The translations under genes were made by a program, and so were the position numbers. DNA of 51,518 bases, the filler included, from Dirinaria sp. TL-2023a (taxonomy: Eukaryota): the NCBI GenBank assembly GCA_051941275.1. It is 3 parts of 3 records of this genome, joined end to end, with 100 filler letters (N's around TTAATTAATTAA, not from the genome) between each part and the next. Parts side by side here need not be neighbours in the genome. Positions count along the whole stretch, not along the records: positions 1 to 17,122 come from JAVEBF010000453.1; positions 17,223 to 34,343 come from JAVEBF010000454.1; 1 more part is not named here. One strand, 5' to 3'. The notes beneath the pieces were generated by a model. It worked only from the letters and a program-made list of their open reading frames with translations, was not told the origin of the DNA and ran no database searches. This document shows positions 10,701-23,067 of the stretch, one piece after another (position 1 is the stretch's first letter; the number at the start of each line of letters is the position of its first letter).

Positions 10701-13442
10701 GAGCCGTGCTCAACTTGCCTGTCGGAATAGATCCAGTTGGTGGTATCTGGTCACAGGTCTCTACTTCGGCGAGACAAGAAATCCTGTCCATGCAAGACAG
10801 ACAATACTCCGGTGTTGATTATCGCGAAGTGGTCATAGACGACCGGACATCGACACCACTAAATAACTTCTCCAGCATCGTAGACCTCCTACAATGGCGT
10901 GTCGCTAGGCAGGCGGAAGAACTCGCATATTGTACGATTGATGGCAGGGGGAAGGAGGGCAAAGGCGTAACCTGGAAAAAATTTGATACGAAGGTCGCTG
11001 CTGTCGCACAATACCTACAAAATAAAGCTAAAGTTCGTCCGGGAGACCATCTGATCCTGATGTATACGCATTCAGAGGAATTCGTGTATGCAGTTCATGC
11101 ATGCTTCTGTCTCGGTGCTGTTGCTATCCCCATGGCTCCGCTGGACCAGAATCGGCTAAACGAAGATGCGCCCGCGTTCCTCCACATGATCGCAGACTTC
11201 AAAGCAAAGGCGATACTGGTCAATGCAGAGGTAGACCATCTACTGAAACAGAAGCTCGTCTCTCAGCATATCAAGCAATCAGCGCAAGTACTTCGAGTCG
11301 GCGTTCCGTCAACGTACAACACCACAAGGCCACCAAGGCAGTCCACTGGTTGCCGCGATTTGGGTTTCACAATGAAGCCTTCATGGGTTCAGTCCAATTA
11401 TCCAGTGTTGATATGGACCTATTGGACTCCTGATCAGAGACGGATAGCTGTACAGCTTGGTCATGATACAATCATGGGAATATGCAAAGTCCAGAAAGAA
11501 ACATGCCAGATGACAAGTTCAAGACCCGTCTTGGGATGTGTAAGAAGCACGATGGGACTAGGTTTTATGCATACTTGCCTAATGGGATGTTTCGTTGGCG
11601 CTCCAACGTACCTGGTCTCGCCAGTAGATTTTGCTGGCAATCCTCAATCGCTGTTCCTCACACTATCGCGGTATAAGATTAAAGATACTTATGCTACCGG
11701 ACAGATGTTAGATCATGCCATGAACTCGATGGCGGGTAAGGGTTTTGGTTTGCATGAACTCAAGAATATGATGATCTCGACGGAAGGTAGGCCGCGGGTT
11801 GATGTGTTCCAGAAGGTGAGGCTACACTTTGCTGCAACGGGTCTTGACCGGACATCGATCAACACAATCTACTCGCATGTCCTGAATCCGATGGTGGCCT
11901 CTCGTTCATATATGTGCGTCGAACCTATCGAGCTATGGCTGGACACTCGTGCGCTCAGAAGGGGCCTCATCTATCCCGTTGACCCAGATACTGACCCATC
12001 AGCACTACTTGTTCAAGACTCTGGAATGGTTCCGGTAAGTACTCAGCTTGCGATCGTGAACCCTGAGACAAACCAACTGTGCCACATTGGCGAATATGGC
12101 GAAATATGGGTGCAATCCGAAGCGTGCGTCAAGTCATTTTACGGCTCCAAGGACGCATTCGATTTCGAAAGATTTAATGGACGCACCGTGGACGGTGATC
12201 CGCATGTCACATATGTGCGTACCGGGGACTTGGGATTCTTGCACAACGTCACTCGGCCGATTGGTCCTGGTGGCCAGCAGGTCGAGATGCAAGTCCTCTT
12301 CGTACTTGGCGGCATTGGCGAAACTTTTGAGGTGAACGGCTTGAGCCACTTTCCACTCGACATTGAATATTCTATCGAAAAGTGTCATCGAAACATCTTG
12401 CCAGGCGGATGGTGAGTCTCGAAACTCGTTGTGGGTAACAACGTTGAGTGCTAATGCTCTGGCTAGTGCTGTCTTCCAAGCCGGTGGTTTTGTCGTGGTC
12501 CTCGTCGAGGTCATGCGGCGAAACTACCTCGCCTCGATCGTACCCGTTATCGTCAATGCCGTCTTGAACGAGCATCAACTAGTTTTCGACATTGTGGCTT
12601 TCGTTGCAAAAGGCGACTTTCCTCGTTCTAGATTAGGTGAAAAGCAGCGTGGGAAAATACTGGCCAGCTGGGTGACGAGGAAGATGGAGACCATTGCCCA
12701 ATTCAGCATCAGGGATGGAGACGGCACAGACAGCCAGATCACCGAAGTTGCGGAGCCTAGGAGCGCGGGTGGCAGTGTCCGTGTGGGTAGTTCGCTGAAG
12801 AATGTGGAGACTGTTCCTGCAGCACCTAGTCAGCAAGGCCAGGACTATGCAAGCATGCCAGCGGGTATGTCTGAAATGCCAGTACCTTACGAAAGCTCAA
12901 TTGTCGAGTCTCCGCCGCTACCCAGTGAAGAAGACCGGAACGACACTCCAACGGAAGCACGGAATAACCACTTTGTCACTGATGCCGAACTCCCCACCCC
13001 AAACGCCGAGCTACAGCAGGATGATGAAAACTATTCGCAGCACACTGGAATCGAGTCATCGCAGCGGTACGACTTCGATGATGAAGCAACACCCCATTCT
13101 ACACGAGACAACATCTCATTCGACTTTTCCAGCACCCACACCGCAGCCCCACCGGATCCCCGATACGACTCGAAGCCTTCACTATCCCTGTCCTCGGCTG
13201 CGGAAGACGGTCCAATGCAGGACAACGATCTCTGGACTCTACCCAGCCAACAACCTCCACAGCAGCAGGCCCAACAATATTCATATGGGTCCGGTGGCGG
13301 CGGCGGTGGTCCTCGAGGAGAAAACTTGAACGGCGTTGAAAGAAGCGAATGGCCTCAAGAGGCACTCATGCACATGAATCTCGGCAGCGGAGGAAGAACG
13401 CACGACCGCTACGATGGCAGTGGGTATGGAAACGCGATGTAA
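7721..13442 (+). CDS. CPS1: CPS1/DIP2 (yeast Cmr2-like) acyl-CoA-ligase-like protein: DMAP1-binding N-terminus plus two adenylation-like domains, ~1888 aa
   Basis: Exons 7721-12411 and 12467-13442 (intron GTGAGT..GCTAAT..TAG, giving GGCAVFQAGG). N-terminal LEEGEITQKGYQKRR; DLAYIEFSRAPTGDLRGV; GEIWV..FLRTGLLG; YVRTGDLGF; FPRSRLGEKQRGKIL. Confidence 0.93.
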
Positions 13443-14772
13443 ATAGGGATGGATGTATTTATCTTATTTTTATGAGACATGCGAAACGTGATTGGCCTGG
13501 GGATCTGGGAGGCAAGGAGTTGCATCGTTCGCGATACAGAGATATTTCCGAGGTTTGGGGATAGAGGAAGGCAGCAATGCCTGCTAGAGGTTGGATGCGC
13601 GGGCATGTGCGGTGAATCGTAATTGCAGCTAACGTTCGGTTCAGATTCAACAATATTCTAGCGTGGAAGTTTCGGCAAGATGAACCTCTGTCAAGCCGGA
13701 TTTCGAAGGTTTAAAAACGTTTAATCTGATCATGGGTACCTTACCCAGAAATGTAGAAAATACACTCTGAAGCAACCGTCTTCTGTTCTCCAGATCTGCT
13801 CTACCGTCTTGCACGACACGATTGATACACATCCTCAATTTTCGACTAATGAACCACAGAACGTCGGTCTATACGGTATCAACGTGTTGATGCAGCTCTT
13901 GCATCCTTTCCTCCATCATCATGTCATGTGGATCGATTTCCGTATTCATACAGTGCCTCCACAGCATGAGGTTGACTTTCTAAATTTTTCCTGAAATGCT
14001 TGAGTTTGATTTTTTGTTTGCTGCAGTGTTATCTAGATTCGATCTCTCAAGTTTGAATCTCGTTTCGTTAGAATTTTTTGATTTGATTTCATTTTAGGAA
14101 TGTTGAGATCGCTGAGTAGATGAGTAGGGGTTGAATTTAAGAGAAACATTGGGAGTAAATATCATCGATGTTGTTTGGTTATCGTAGTGGTCAATCTTGT
14201 CAAGTATGGTAGGATGTAGATCCTTTTGAAGAGAAAGCTGCGAATGTCATCAATACATGAGCTCAAAAATTAGAGGAGAAATCTTATATATAAGATACAG
14301 GAAACTGTGAAAGTAGATCGAATTGCTGGCAAAGGTACTCGAGCTTTGAGGCCGCGAGAGTCAATAGATGAACTGAAGTGTTGGAGGAAAATTTCACATA
14401 GTGAGAGATTCGATACACAGATATCGTGAAAGTACTGCAGTATAAGATCTATTCGATGAAATTTGTAGTGCAAAATTTAGGAGCAATGTAAGGCTGGACT
14501 TCGAATCCACGATTTTGATACCTGAGCTTGTGGATCAGCGTCAAAGCGCAGGTGGTGTTTGAGTAGATCAGAAGTTTTACCTAGGGTAAAATTTTTCTCT
14601 ATCTACTTTACTGTACTTCACTACCTTGAGGAACGATGGATCCCTGGTGTGGCATTCGCGGAGTGAATCCCGATCGGAACTAGCCCCGAAGTCGGCTAAT
14701 ATTCGGTCTTTCCCTCTCGCCTTTTTGTTCAAGATTTATTCCATTGAGAACATGACCAATTGAAAATTGAAG

Positions 14773-17122
14773 ATGAGGCAGTCCGACCCAGAAGACGACT
14801 TTATCCTCACCATATCCGACAATGACGATGCACTTCCTGTGGAGATCGACGAACTCGACTCGGTGCCCGCAGTCTCTCCCAAGAAGTTACAGAACGGCAG
14901 TAAGCGTAAACGGAGCAATGAGCCTGCAACGAATGGCACAAACATGGCTGCGAAGAAGGGCAAGAAGAGGAAGACCGTAGTTGACGAGGATCTAGATCTC
15001 GAGCTGCGGGAAGACACTTGGACTGCTCGAGGTGAGGATGACGGAGCTATAGACTCGGATTTTGAATTTCAGATCGGAGATACAGGTGCAGGGATTACAG
15101 AAGACTTCGATGTATGGAACGTGGAGGCAGAAGACCAAGTGGCAAGCGCTAGGACGAGCAAAAAGGGTGTGGACATCGACGAGCTCATTGCGCGGCGATG
15201 GAAGGGCTCACGGGAAGAGGACTTGCGACAAGAGCATTCTGGAGGAAGCGTTGGCAGTTCGGAAGAGCCTGACCATGAAGCTATGGGGGACACATTGTCT
15301 GGTCAAGCAGACTTTTCCACATCTCCAGCTGATAGTGAAACTGAAGACGAAACATTGGCTGCGGACGGCTTTGGTATGGGCGCAGTGGGGGAAGACGAGG
15401 AGGATCAGGAGAAACCGCTCAATGGGGACGACCACGACTCGTCCCAGGCTTCAGCGGACGACTCAACAGCTGAACCAGTACCTCATCCAGACGATGAAGC
15501 CTCCTCTACTGCATCAGATTTCGATGAGGACGATGCTGAAGAACAAGCGCGCCGCAAAGCCTTCTTTGCGGAGGAAGAACATCCGAAGGCCATCCCCAAC
15601 GCTCTCACCGCGAACTCCTTCCAAAGCATGTCTCTCTCCCGTCCCATTCTCCGTGGCCTCGCTTCCTGCTCGTTCACCGCGCCAACACCTATCCAGTCCA
15701 AAACTATTCCCGTAGCGCTCCTAGGCCGAGACCTTGTAGGCGGTGCCGTTACTGGCTCTGGCAAAACCGCCGCTTTCATAATTCCAATCCTTGAACGTCT
15801 ACTTTATCGTCCCAAAAGGATACCCACGTCTCGTGTGACTATCTTGATGCCGACCCGAGAGCTAGCAGTGCAGTGCTTCAACGTTGCCAAAAAGCTAGCG
15901 AGCTACACGGACATCACCTTCTGTCAGCTAGTCGGCGGTCTCAGTCTGCGCGAGCAAGAAGCCGTGCTACGGACTCGTCCAGACATCATCATCGCAACAC
16001 CAGGAAGATTCATAGACCACATGCGCAATTCTCCATCTTTCACGCTTGAGACTCTCGAAATCCTTGTTCTGGATGAAGCAGACCGCATGCTTGAGGACGG
16101 CTTCGCAGATGAGCTGAACGAGATCCTCACCACGATCCCGCGCTCCCGCCAAACCATGCTTTTCTCAGCCACAATGACCACTCGTGTCGAGTCTTTGATC
16201 CGATTAGGTCTTAACCGGCCCGTCCGTCTCGTCATCAACCCTCAAAAAACAACCGTGGGCACCTTAACCCAAGAATTCGTCCGTCTCCGGCCTGGCCGGG
16301 AAGAAAAGCGCCTCGCGTACCTGGTCCATCTATGCCAAACCGTCTACACAAGCAGCACGATCATCTTCTTCCGCCAAAAAGCGCTGGCCCACAGGGTCCG
16401 CATCCTATTCAGCCTGCTCGACCTCAAAGCCGCCGAGCTGCACGGCAGCATGACCCAAGAACAGCGGCTGGCAGCCCTAACCTCCTTCCGCACCGGCGCC
16501 GCCAACTTCCTCCTCGCCACGGACGTCGCCAGCAGAGGCCTCGACATCCCCGCCGTGAGCACCGTGATCAACTACACCGCGCCGCAAAACGCAACCATCT
16601 ACCTGCACCGCGTGGGGCGGACCGCACGAGCCGGTCGCCCGGGCCGCGCATGCACTTTGGCCGCCGAACCAGACCGCAAAGTCGTCAAGGAAATCGTGAA
16701 AGCGGCGCGATCGCAGCACGCGAAAGTGGTCTCGCGCGCCATCGACGCCGTCGCCGTCGATACCGTGGATGCCCTCCACACACGCATCGCGGAGCACCTG
16801 GAAGCGGAGATCGACGCCATCCTCGGCGAGGAGAAAGAAGAGCGCGCGATGCAGAACGCGGAAATGCAGGTCCGCAAGGGCGAGAATCTGATGGTGCATG
16901 AGGCGGAGATCCACAGTCGCCCGAAGAGGACCTGGTTCGAGAGCGAGCGCGAGAAGAAAGTCGCGAAGATGAAGGGGTTGGAGGAGTTGAATGGTGCTGA
17001 GGGGAAGATGAAGAGGAAGATGAAGAAGGCAGCGGGGTGGAGGTTAAGTGGGAAGGATAAGAAGAGGTTGGATGATGGGCGCGAGAGGAGGGAGGGCAGG
17101 GTGTGGAAGAAGGGGAAGGGGG
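14773..17122 (+). CDS. DRS1: DEAD-box RNA helicase Drs1/DDX27 (60S biogenesis), 3' end lost in assembly gap
   Basis: [12 protein letters not shown]-terminus, Q-motif [46 protein letters not shown], and Drs1-type tail [21 protein letters not shown]. The ORF runs into the N-linker. Confidence 0.93.
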
Positions 17123-17222
17123 NNNNNNNNNNNNNNNNNNNNNNNNNNNNNNNNNNNNNNNNNNNNTTAATTAATTAANNNNNNNNNNNNNNNNNNNNNN
17201 NNNNNNNNNNNNNNNNNNNNNN
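17123..17222. other. Artificial contig-joining spacer (N44-TTAATTAATTAA-N44)
   Basis: Exactly 100 nt with a palindromic core that gives stops in all six frames. Identical to the spacer at 34344-34443. Confidence 0.98.
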
Positions 17223-17315
17223 TAGGTAGCCCAGGCCTGGCACTGCGAGCTCGAATGTGCAGGGGACTTTGTGCGCGTCGGTGAGGATCGCGTCGATGGA
17301 GTAGTAGGAGTTCAT
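17223..17315 (-). CDS. PSF3: GINS complex subunit Psf3, N-terminal fragment (rest lost in gap; absent from ORF track)
   Basis: Minus-strand translation from ATG 17315 is MNSYYSIDAILTDAHKVPCTFELAVPGLGYL, the characteristic Psf3 N-terminus (YY.ID.IL....KVPC.FEL.VPGLGYL). Confidence 0.85.
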
Positions 17316-18011
17316 TATGGACTGGTGGAGATGGAGGTTAGGGGTATGAATTGACGCGTTGAGGATTGGTTTCTTCGCGTCGTCATTTTACCGTGTCTCA
17401 ACTCGGACGAGTGCCAAGGCTTTCTTTCGCCAAGGATGGTTGAATGCCCTTCACTTCAAGGTAGATATTTCCAAAGGTTTGGCTGGTCTACACACATTAT
17501 GATCACAATGAGGGTTTTCGGATCGATGTGAAAAGCACCTTCAATTGCTATCTCGAGTGATTACTGATACTCGATGCTCCGAGAAAGTGCTCAAATGGCC
17601 CCACCTGTTTGTTGCCATCATACATGTAAAAATTCACCGGCATGGCAACCCTCCATGCTATCTTGCCATCCATACCTCGCCATACCTTACCCATTTCCGT
17701 GTCGTAGAAACGCCGTACACATGAGTGCCATGCTGCGCCTTCGTAAACATCATGCCCTACCAATTCGCTATCAACCTCCGCCTCTGTCTTTAGTCCTTCA
17801 GGTCTGGATCCGAATGGCCATTGGATGTCGGTACTCGGCAGTCAAAGAACGCCGTCTCGAGATCTGGCCAAAATCTCGGGTCCAAGTAGAAGATACCGGG
17901 ACGATGCTGCTGCAACCGAAGAAGCCACCAATGCCGAATACATTCCGAATGCACCCACGGGATGAGGGAAAAGGTTGACCCATATTCCTGATACAACAGA
18001 AATTTGAACGA

Positions 18012-21000
18012 CTAATTATTATTGCGAACCTCGTGCCAGAATAGGTCGAAATCCGGGACGATACCCTTCTTTAACTGCTCTTCGTTCCTTATGACCCAGT
18101 CGTCAATCGCGATCTGCACGTCGTCATCCGTCTTGATGGTCACGTAGTCACCATCTTCGTCCGTGTACCTCAGTCGGGCACGATCCTCTGCTACTTTTGC
18201 ATCGGATACGTGCTTCATCTTCGAGTCGATCCGGTCAATCAGAGACCGGTGCTTGATGATGATGGGTACGACGATGGTGATGTGGCCAGCTTTCTCCCCG
18301 TACGTGACTTTGATTTTCAGCTGGGTTGGATAGGGGACACCGCTGCTGCTGGCAGGAAGAGGAGCGGGCGTCGCCGAGGTTGTCATCATCTGCAGCGATG
18401 CATCTGCATAGCTGCCCTCCTGATACCGGCGAGGTTCCGTGTTCGGGATCGCTTGCAGGCGCTGCTGCATCTGCTGGTCGTAATTGTTGCTCGGATCTGG
18501 GTTAGGGCGCGGGGTTCTGTCCCTTGGGTGCATTGGTGAGTGGGCATTATTTCGCGTTGGTAGAGTTCCGTTGGTGGGAGAGCTGGTCTGACTGCGGGCG
18601 ATTGGGGCTCGCATTTGAGTCATGTGTGAGGGTATTGGGGGCACAGGGACATTATCTACCGGCGGCTGGAGCTGCCCATTGGCGTATCGTCGAGGCGCCC
18701 CCGCATTGCTCTGGATATCTGGAGTGCTAGCTGATCGTAGGCGATTCTGTTGTTGTGCGTTTGCTGGACCTGCCATGACTGGCAGTGAGGGTCTCAGTAC
18801 GGTGCGACCGTCCAGCGTGTACCCATTAATTGGTCTCGTCCCCTCTCTTGAAGGCACACGGGCCATGGCTGGGGCAGTCTTATGCTTACCATCTTCGTTC
18901 GATAATCGAGGTGTCATTTGACGGGGAAGAGCGAACATGCTTGCTTGGGAGCTTGATCGTGTGGACATAGGCGAATCACCGCCAGGAGAAAAATATGAAT
19001 TTCCTCCAAACTCTCCTGGGGAGCTTGCAGCGGGAGGGATATTGGTCTTCAGACTCAGTGGAGGCTGGTATGCCGCTGGCTCAGGCATGGGAAATCGGGG
19101 TGGTGCGCCGCGTACAGAGCCATTCAAAGTCGTTCCTGCCGATACCAAGCTGTTGCTTGAAGCCTGTCGAGTCATGCCGAAATTCGAAGATCCAGGTACA
19201 CCGGAAGACGTATTGCCATGACCCTCATCCGCATCATCATCGAGGTGTGGATTCTTGAGAGATGATAGCTGGTCCTTCATTGCCAAGAATTCCGTTTCCG
19301 ATGTGCCAGTCTGACCAGAGCTTCTTGCAGATTCACTCAGAGCCTTCTTCTGGATCTGGACTTGATCTCGCCATGTGTTCATGTCACCTTCATTCAAAAA
19401 CCGGATAACGAAGTTTTCAACACCCGGGTCACCCTTCCAGAAAATCTGAATCTTATAATCCTGCTTTTCTGCAAAGTTGTCAGCAAGCAAGTTGCAAGAT
19501 CGATTTTGGAATTGCCTTTACCTGACTTCGCGACCGTCAGTACGTCCGTGACATTCTGCATGAATATGCGTCCCTTGAGCTGCAAACGCGGTTTTCCTTT
19601 CTTGTCCACCAGCGACTTGTTGTTGCCTATCATCTTGTTCTTCGGCTTGTTCGGGTTGATCTCTTTACAGCAGAGCAGAATTCGCTCGAAGAGGTAGACT
19701 TTGTACTGTATACGCACAGGAGAAATTAACTTCAGTTCCTCACAAGTCTTGCTCTCAATTGATGTGATGGGAGTCGATCCCGTCGTCTGCAATGAGGACT
19801 TAGTCCTCTCTTGCACGGACATATTTGATGCCCTAGGCCATGGCCCAGACGCGGGATCCGAGGGCGACTGAAATGTATGGAATACGGTTTCTCTAGTAAG
19901 ACAACCATTGAAGTTGTACAAGTGCGCGTAAAGAGAAGGGTCCACAGGGGCATTTCGGGGCTTTTGGAGGACAGCCTTGACCTTACGACCTTGAGTCTTG
20001 ACCTTCTGACCGAAGTTAGAAAGCAGACCAGGCGACCCTACAAACTTGCTCTTCCGGCTAGGCGTTGGGGGTATTGAACCACCCTCACTACCTAAGCCTT
20101 CACGGGAGCTAGGCTGTGCCACGGGAATGTCGATGCTAGCGGGAGATGCGGCTGCGGTGGAAAATCCTAAAGGGGTTGACGGGCTTGCTGTCTTGCCTAG
20201 TTTATACCTCTGGAAGAGTCCGGCTTTCGAAGGCTTGCTACGAGGTGCGGGCGCCGTCTTTGTGGAAGGTCCAGTGAGGCCAGCGGTAGCCTGAGCAACT
20301 GCAGTGGGAGTCTCGGCAGTTGCCTCCCTTCGGGGCTGTTGATCGGCCTTGTCACCGTCTTCCTCTGGAACCTCTCTCAGTCCACTGACAAAGCGCCGCA
20401 GTCCGTAGGGGCTTGGCAGGCTTTGGTCTTGCAGTGTCGAGTCCGGTGTGGGAAGGCCAGTGCCCTCATAGTCGGCCTGGGTCGAACTATGCGGGAGTGG
20501 TCTCTGACGCATTTGCGTCGCGTTCATTGACCAAGGAGAAGACCCAGCCAGCTGACCACTGACTAGCCTGACGTGTTGACGGCCTTGCGGGCTGAGAGAA
20601 TCAAAGATTGTACAAACCTCGCGTTCTACTTCCTTGGCACCTTCACCCTTGACTACTGTGTAGTCACCGAAAAGTAAAAGCTCTCCGAAGTGTTCTATTT
20701 GGTGGTTTTTCCAATCCTCAACGCGGCTCTGGAGTTCGCATACCGCTGCGAGTCGCTGTTCCTTGTGAATCGCTTCGTTTGCCCGGAAAAGTATCGACGT
20801 GGCCGCTGCGCTCCCTTGGACGAGATCATACTTACGATCGTCATCTAGGCCGCCCTTCTTTCTCAGTTCCTACAAACAGGATTAGTATGACTTCCCTTGC
20901 GGTTTCTGAACCATACCTCGAGCAGCAGCGGATATTTCGACAAGCGCTGAAACGGTTTGACCAGGAATGACAGAAGAACAGATTGGGCCTCTACCATGCC

Positions 21001-22170
21001 ACGGACATTAGACGAGATTGGAGCAGCCTTGATCTTGTCCCACTCCCTTACGACCGCGTGATTGCAACGGACCTGGTTGGCGATAAACGGCTCATAGACA
21101 CGGAAGGAGTCCTTGTACTGGATGAAGAGCTGACCCCAGTTCTGTTGGATTTCCGGCAGGTGGTTTTGCTGCTCAATCCGAATCAAGAAGCGGCGTTGGA
21201 AATCCAGGAGTGCGTTCAGGTTCAAGAAGATGTCGTGCAACGCATCACCCGCGATCGCTCCGCACTCCTCAAGATCCTTCTTGAACTGCTGCAGGTCTTC
21301 AAGGTGCTGCACATAGTCCCTCTCCGTGGTCACGATTTCTCGGATGAGATTCTGCCGATAGGTCAACGTCTGGGGCACTTCTTTCTCTCCCTTTCTGGCT
21401 CGGCTCTCATTTAGCAATCCGCGGCTTTCAAGGATTCCAAGAACACGATTGACAACCTTGGTCACCTGCAACATGGATTAGCATCGCGAATTATCCGGAT
21501 GATGACTGCAAAGGACAAAAGCTCCGTGTTATGACCTTAAGAGAAGATGCGCGGATGATGCTAAGGATAACAAAAAGACACTTACTTTGACAAACCCAGT
21601 GGTGTCGCCCCCGTACAGATCCGTGATGAGAAAGCACTCGCTTGGCGGGAACTTCAGGTCGGTCAAGCAAGCTTGTAAAAATTTGAACGTCGCCGCTTTT
21701 CCTACTTTTGACTCTGCCATCCGAGAAGCGTCCACGTTCAGCGGTGCCTTGGGCAAAAGCGCGTTGTATATGGCCATGAGCGGGTATCCTCGTCTCAGGC
21801 AGTTCCACATCGATGTCACGGGATCTGTTGACTCCATTGCCTCGGCTTCTTCTTCTTCCATTTCTGCAATGAATATTTCGAAGTTGGGCACTCGTGCCAT
21901 CCGCGCTTTCAGATCCAGGCATATCTGGTACAGCGAGCTTGAGAGATCTCCGCGTCGATTCATGATGTTGTCGTTCGGCCGAGGAGCGTCGCTGGGAGGT
22001 GGAGAGGCCAATGCTTGAGAAGGAGGCTGTCCTTGCTGGCTTCCGTTGGGTGCCATCCTCGCCGATATTGGTCCGAACTGGCTGGGATGCGAAGCCACTC
22101 CCGAGTTTGCAAAAGCCGGAGGATGAGTCCCTCGAGGATGCAGTGAAGAGGTCATGTCGGTCGCTAGCAT
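18012..22170 (-). CDS. CDC24: Rho/Cdc42 guanine nucleotide exchange factor Cdc24/Scd1 (CH-DH-PH-PB1), ~1008 aa if fully spliced
   Basis: Exons 22170-21586, 21465-20917, 20869-20618, 19705-19522, 19468-18012. Motifs: SLYQICLDL, DPVTSMWNCLRRGYPL, LYGGDTTGFVKV, EIVTTERDYVQHLE, FLVKPFQRLSKYPLLL, RVEDWKNH..FGELLL, YLFERILLCCKE, LQLKGRIF, PB1 RLRYTDEDGDYVTI. Start could be 22170 or 22155. Confidence 0.92.
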
Positions 22171-23067
22171 GCCACGGAGTACTACAAAGGAGTCGTATAC
22201 CACTGCTGAGTCAGGTTCCGAACCTCATAATCCACTTCAGATGCTCCTGGGCTTATTTGTCATGAACCTTTCACAGGACAGTATTGATGCCACTAGGACG
22301 CGCCCGGAAGGAGTTTCTTCAGCTTTGCCTTGAGTCCAGTAGGCACGCGGACTGGTCTTTGGTGGAAGCGAAATTGGTTAGGCGGAGCAACACATCTTGC
22401 GAGGCTGGTGATTGTGAGGTACAGTAAGGTGTTGGCGATCAACAGAGGTCTAGCCCTCGAACTCAGGAATGCGGCCCCAGGGAGGAATGCAGCAGGGAGG
22501 ATGAGATGATGGGTGGAGATATTGCAGGCGACAGGGATTTCACGTCAGAGGACATGCAAGTACGCTCGGTCAGGTGTGAGCCTGTGACAGCAAAGAGGAT
22601 CAGTAGGTGGGTCGGTAGCAGAAGGTGTTTGAGAAGTTGCAGAAGGTGAGAAGGTGGGTCTGCATGGGGGCTGCTTGGCTGGTCTTACGCTTTTGAGTAT
22701 AGCGGCGGGAAGAAGCGAGAAGTGGGTGGCTCGAGGGGCTGCCAAGTGCCAAGGCTGCTTCATGTGAGTGAGAGGAATAGGAAGCCGTAGTTCAACACTT
22801 ACCGTGGTCTACCTTGGTCCTCGGTCTATATAGTTTAAGGGATGGTAAGGTACTTATACATAGTATACTGGAGTGTCTCTTGTCCATGTCTCCATCCCCC
22901 GGGGGGATACAGATCAGAATTACTCGCTGCAGCATCCTTTTAGGATATGTGGTGGGCTCCAGTACTAGAGGAGAAGGCTAGCTACTAATGGACTAGTGGC
23001 TTTTTCCCCGAACCAGGTGTTTACAGGTCCTACCCGGTACTCCTTCCACACTGCTTGGTCAGCGGTG

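Noticed and set aside
15062..16914. Long overlapping alternative-frame and antisense ORFs within DRS1 (similar ones in RFT1, the F-box gene and CDC24)
   Set aside because: Expected shadow ORFs in GC-rich coding sequence. No recognisable motifs.
17123..17222. Palindromic TTAATTAATTAA within N-runs (also 34344-34443) as a biological motif or piggyBac TTAA site
   Set aside because: Identical fixed-length design with stops in all frames marks an assembly spacer. Gene adjacency across these points is therefore not guaranteed.
19394..20527. 377-aa ORF as an independent gene
   Set aside because: Its 3' part is CDC24 exon 4 in the same frame. It is treated as an exitron or alternative-start candidate, not a separate gene.
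21466..21585. 120-nt CDC24 intron with internal AAG|GTCATA as a recursive or twin intron
   Set aside because: The upstream half lacks a credible branch point and the internal donor is weak. A single intron explains it.
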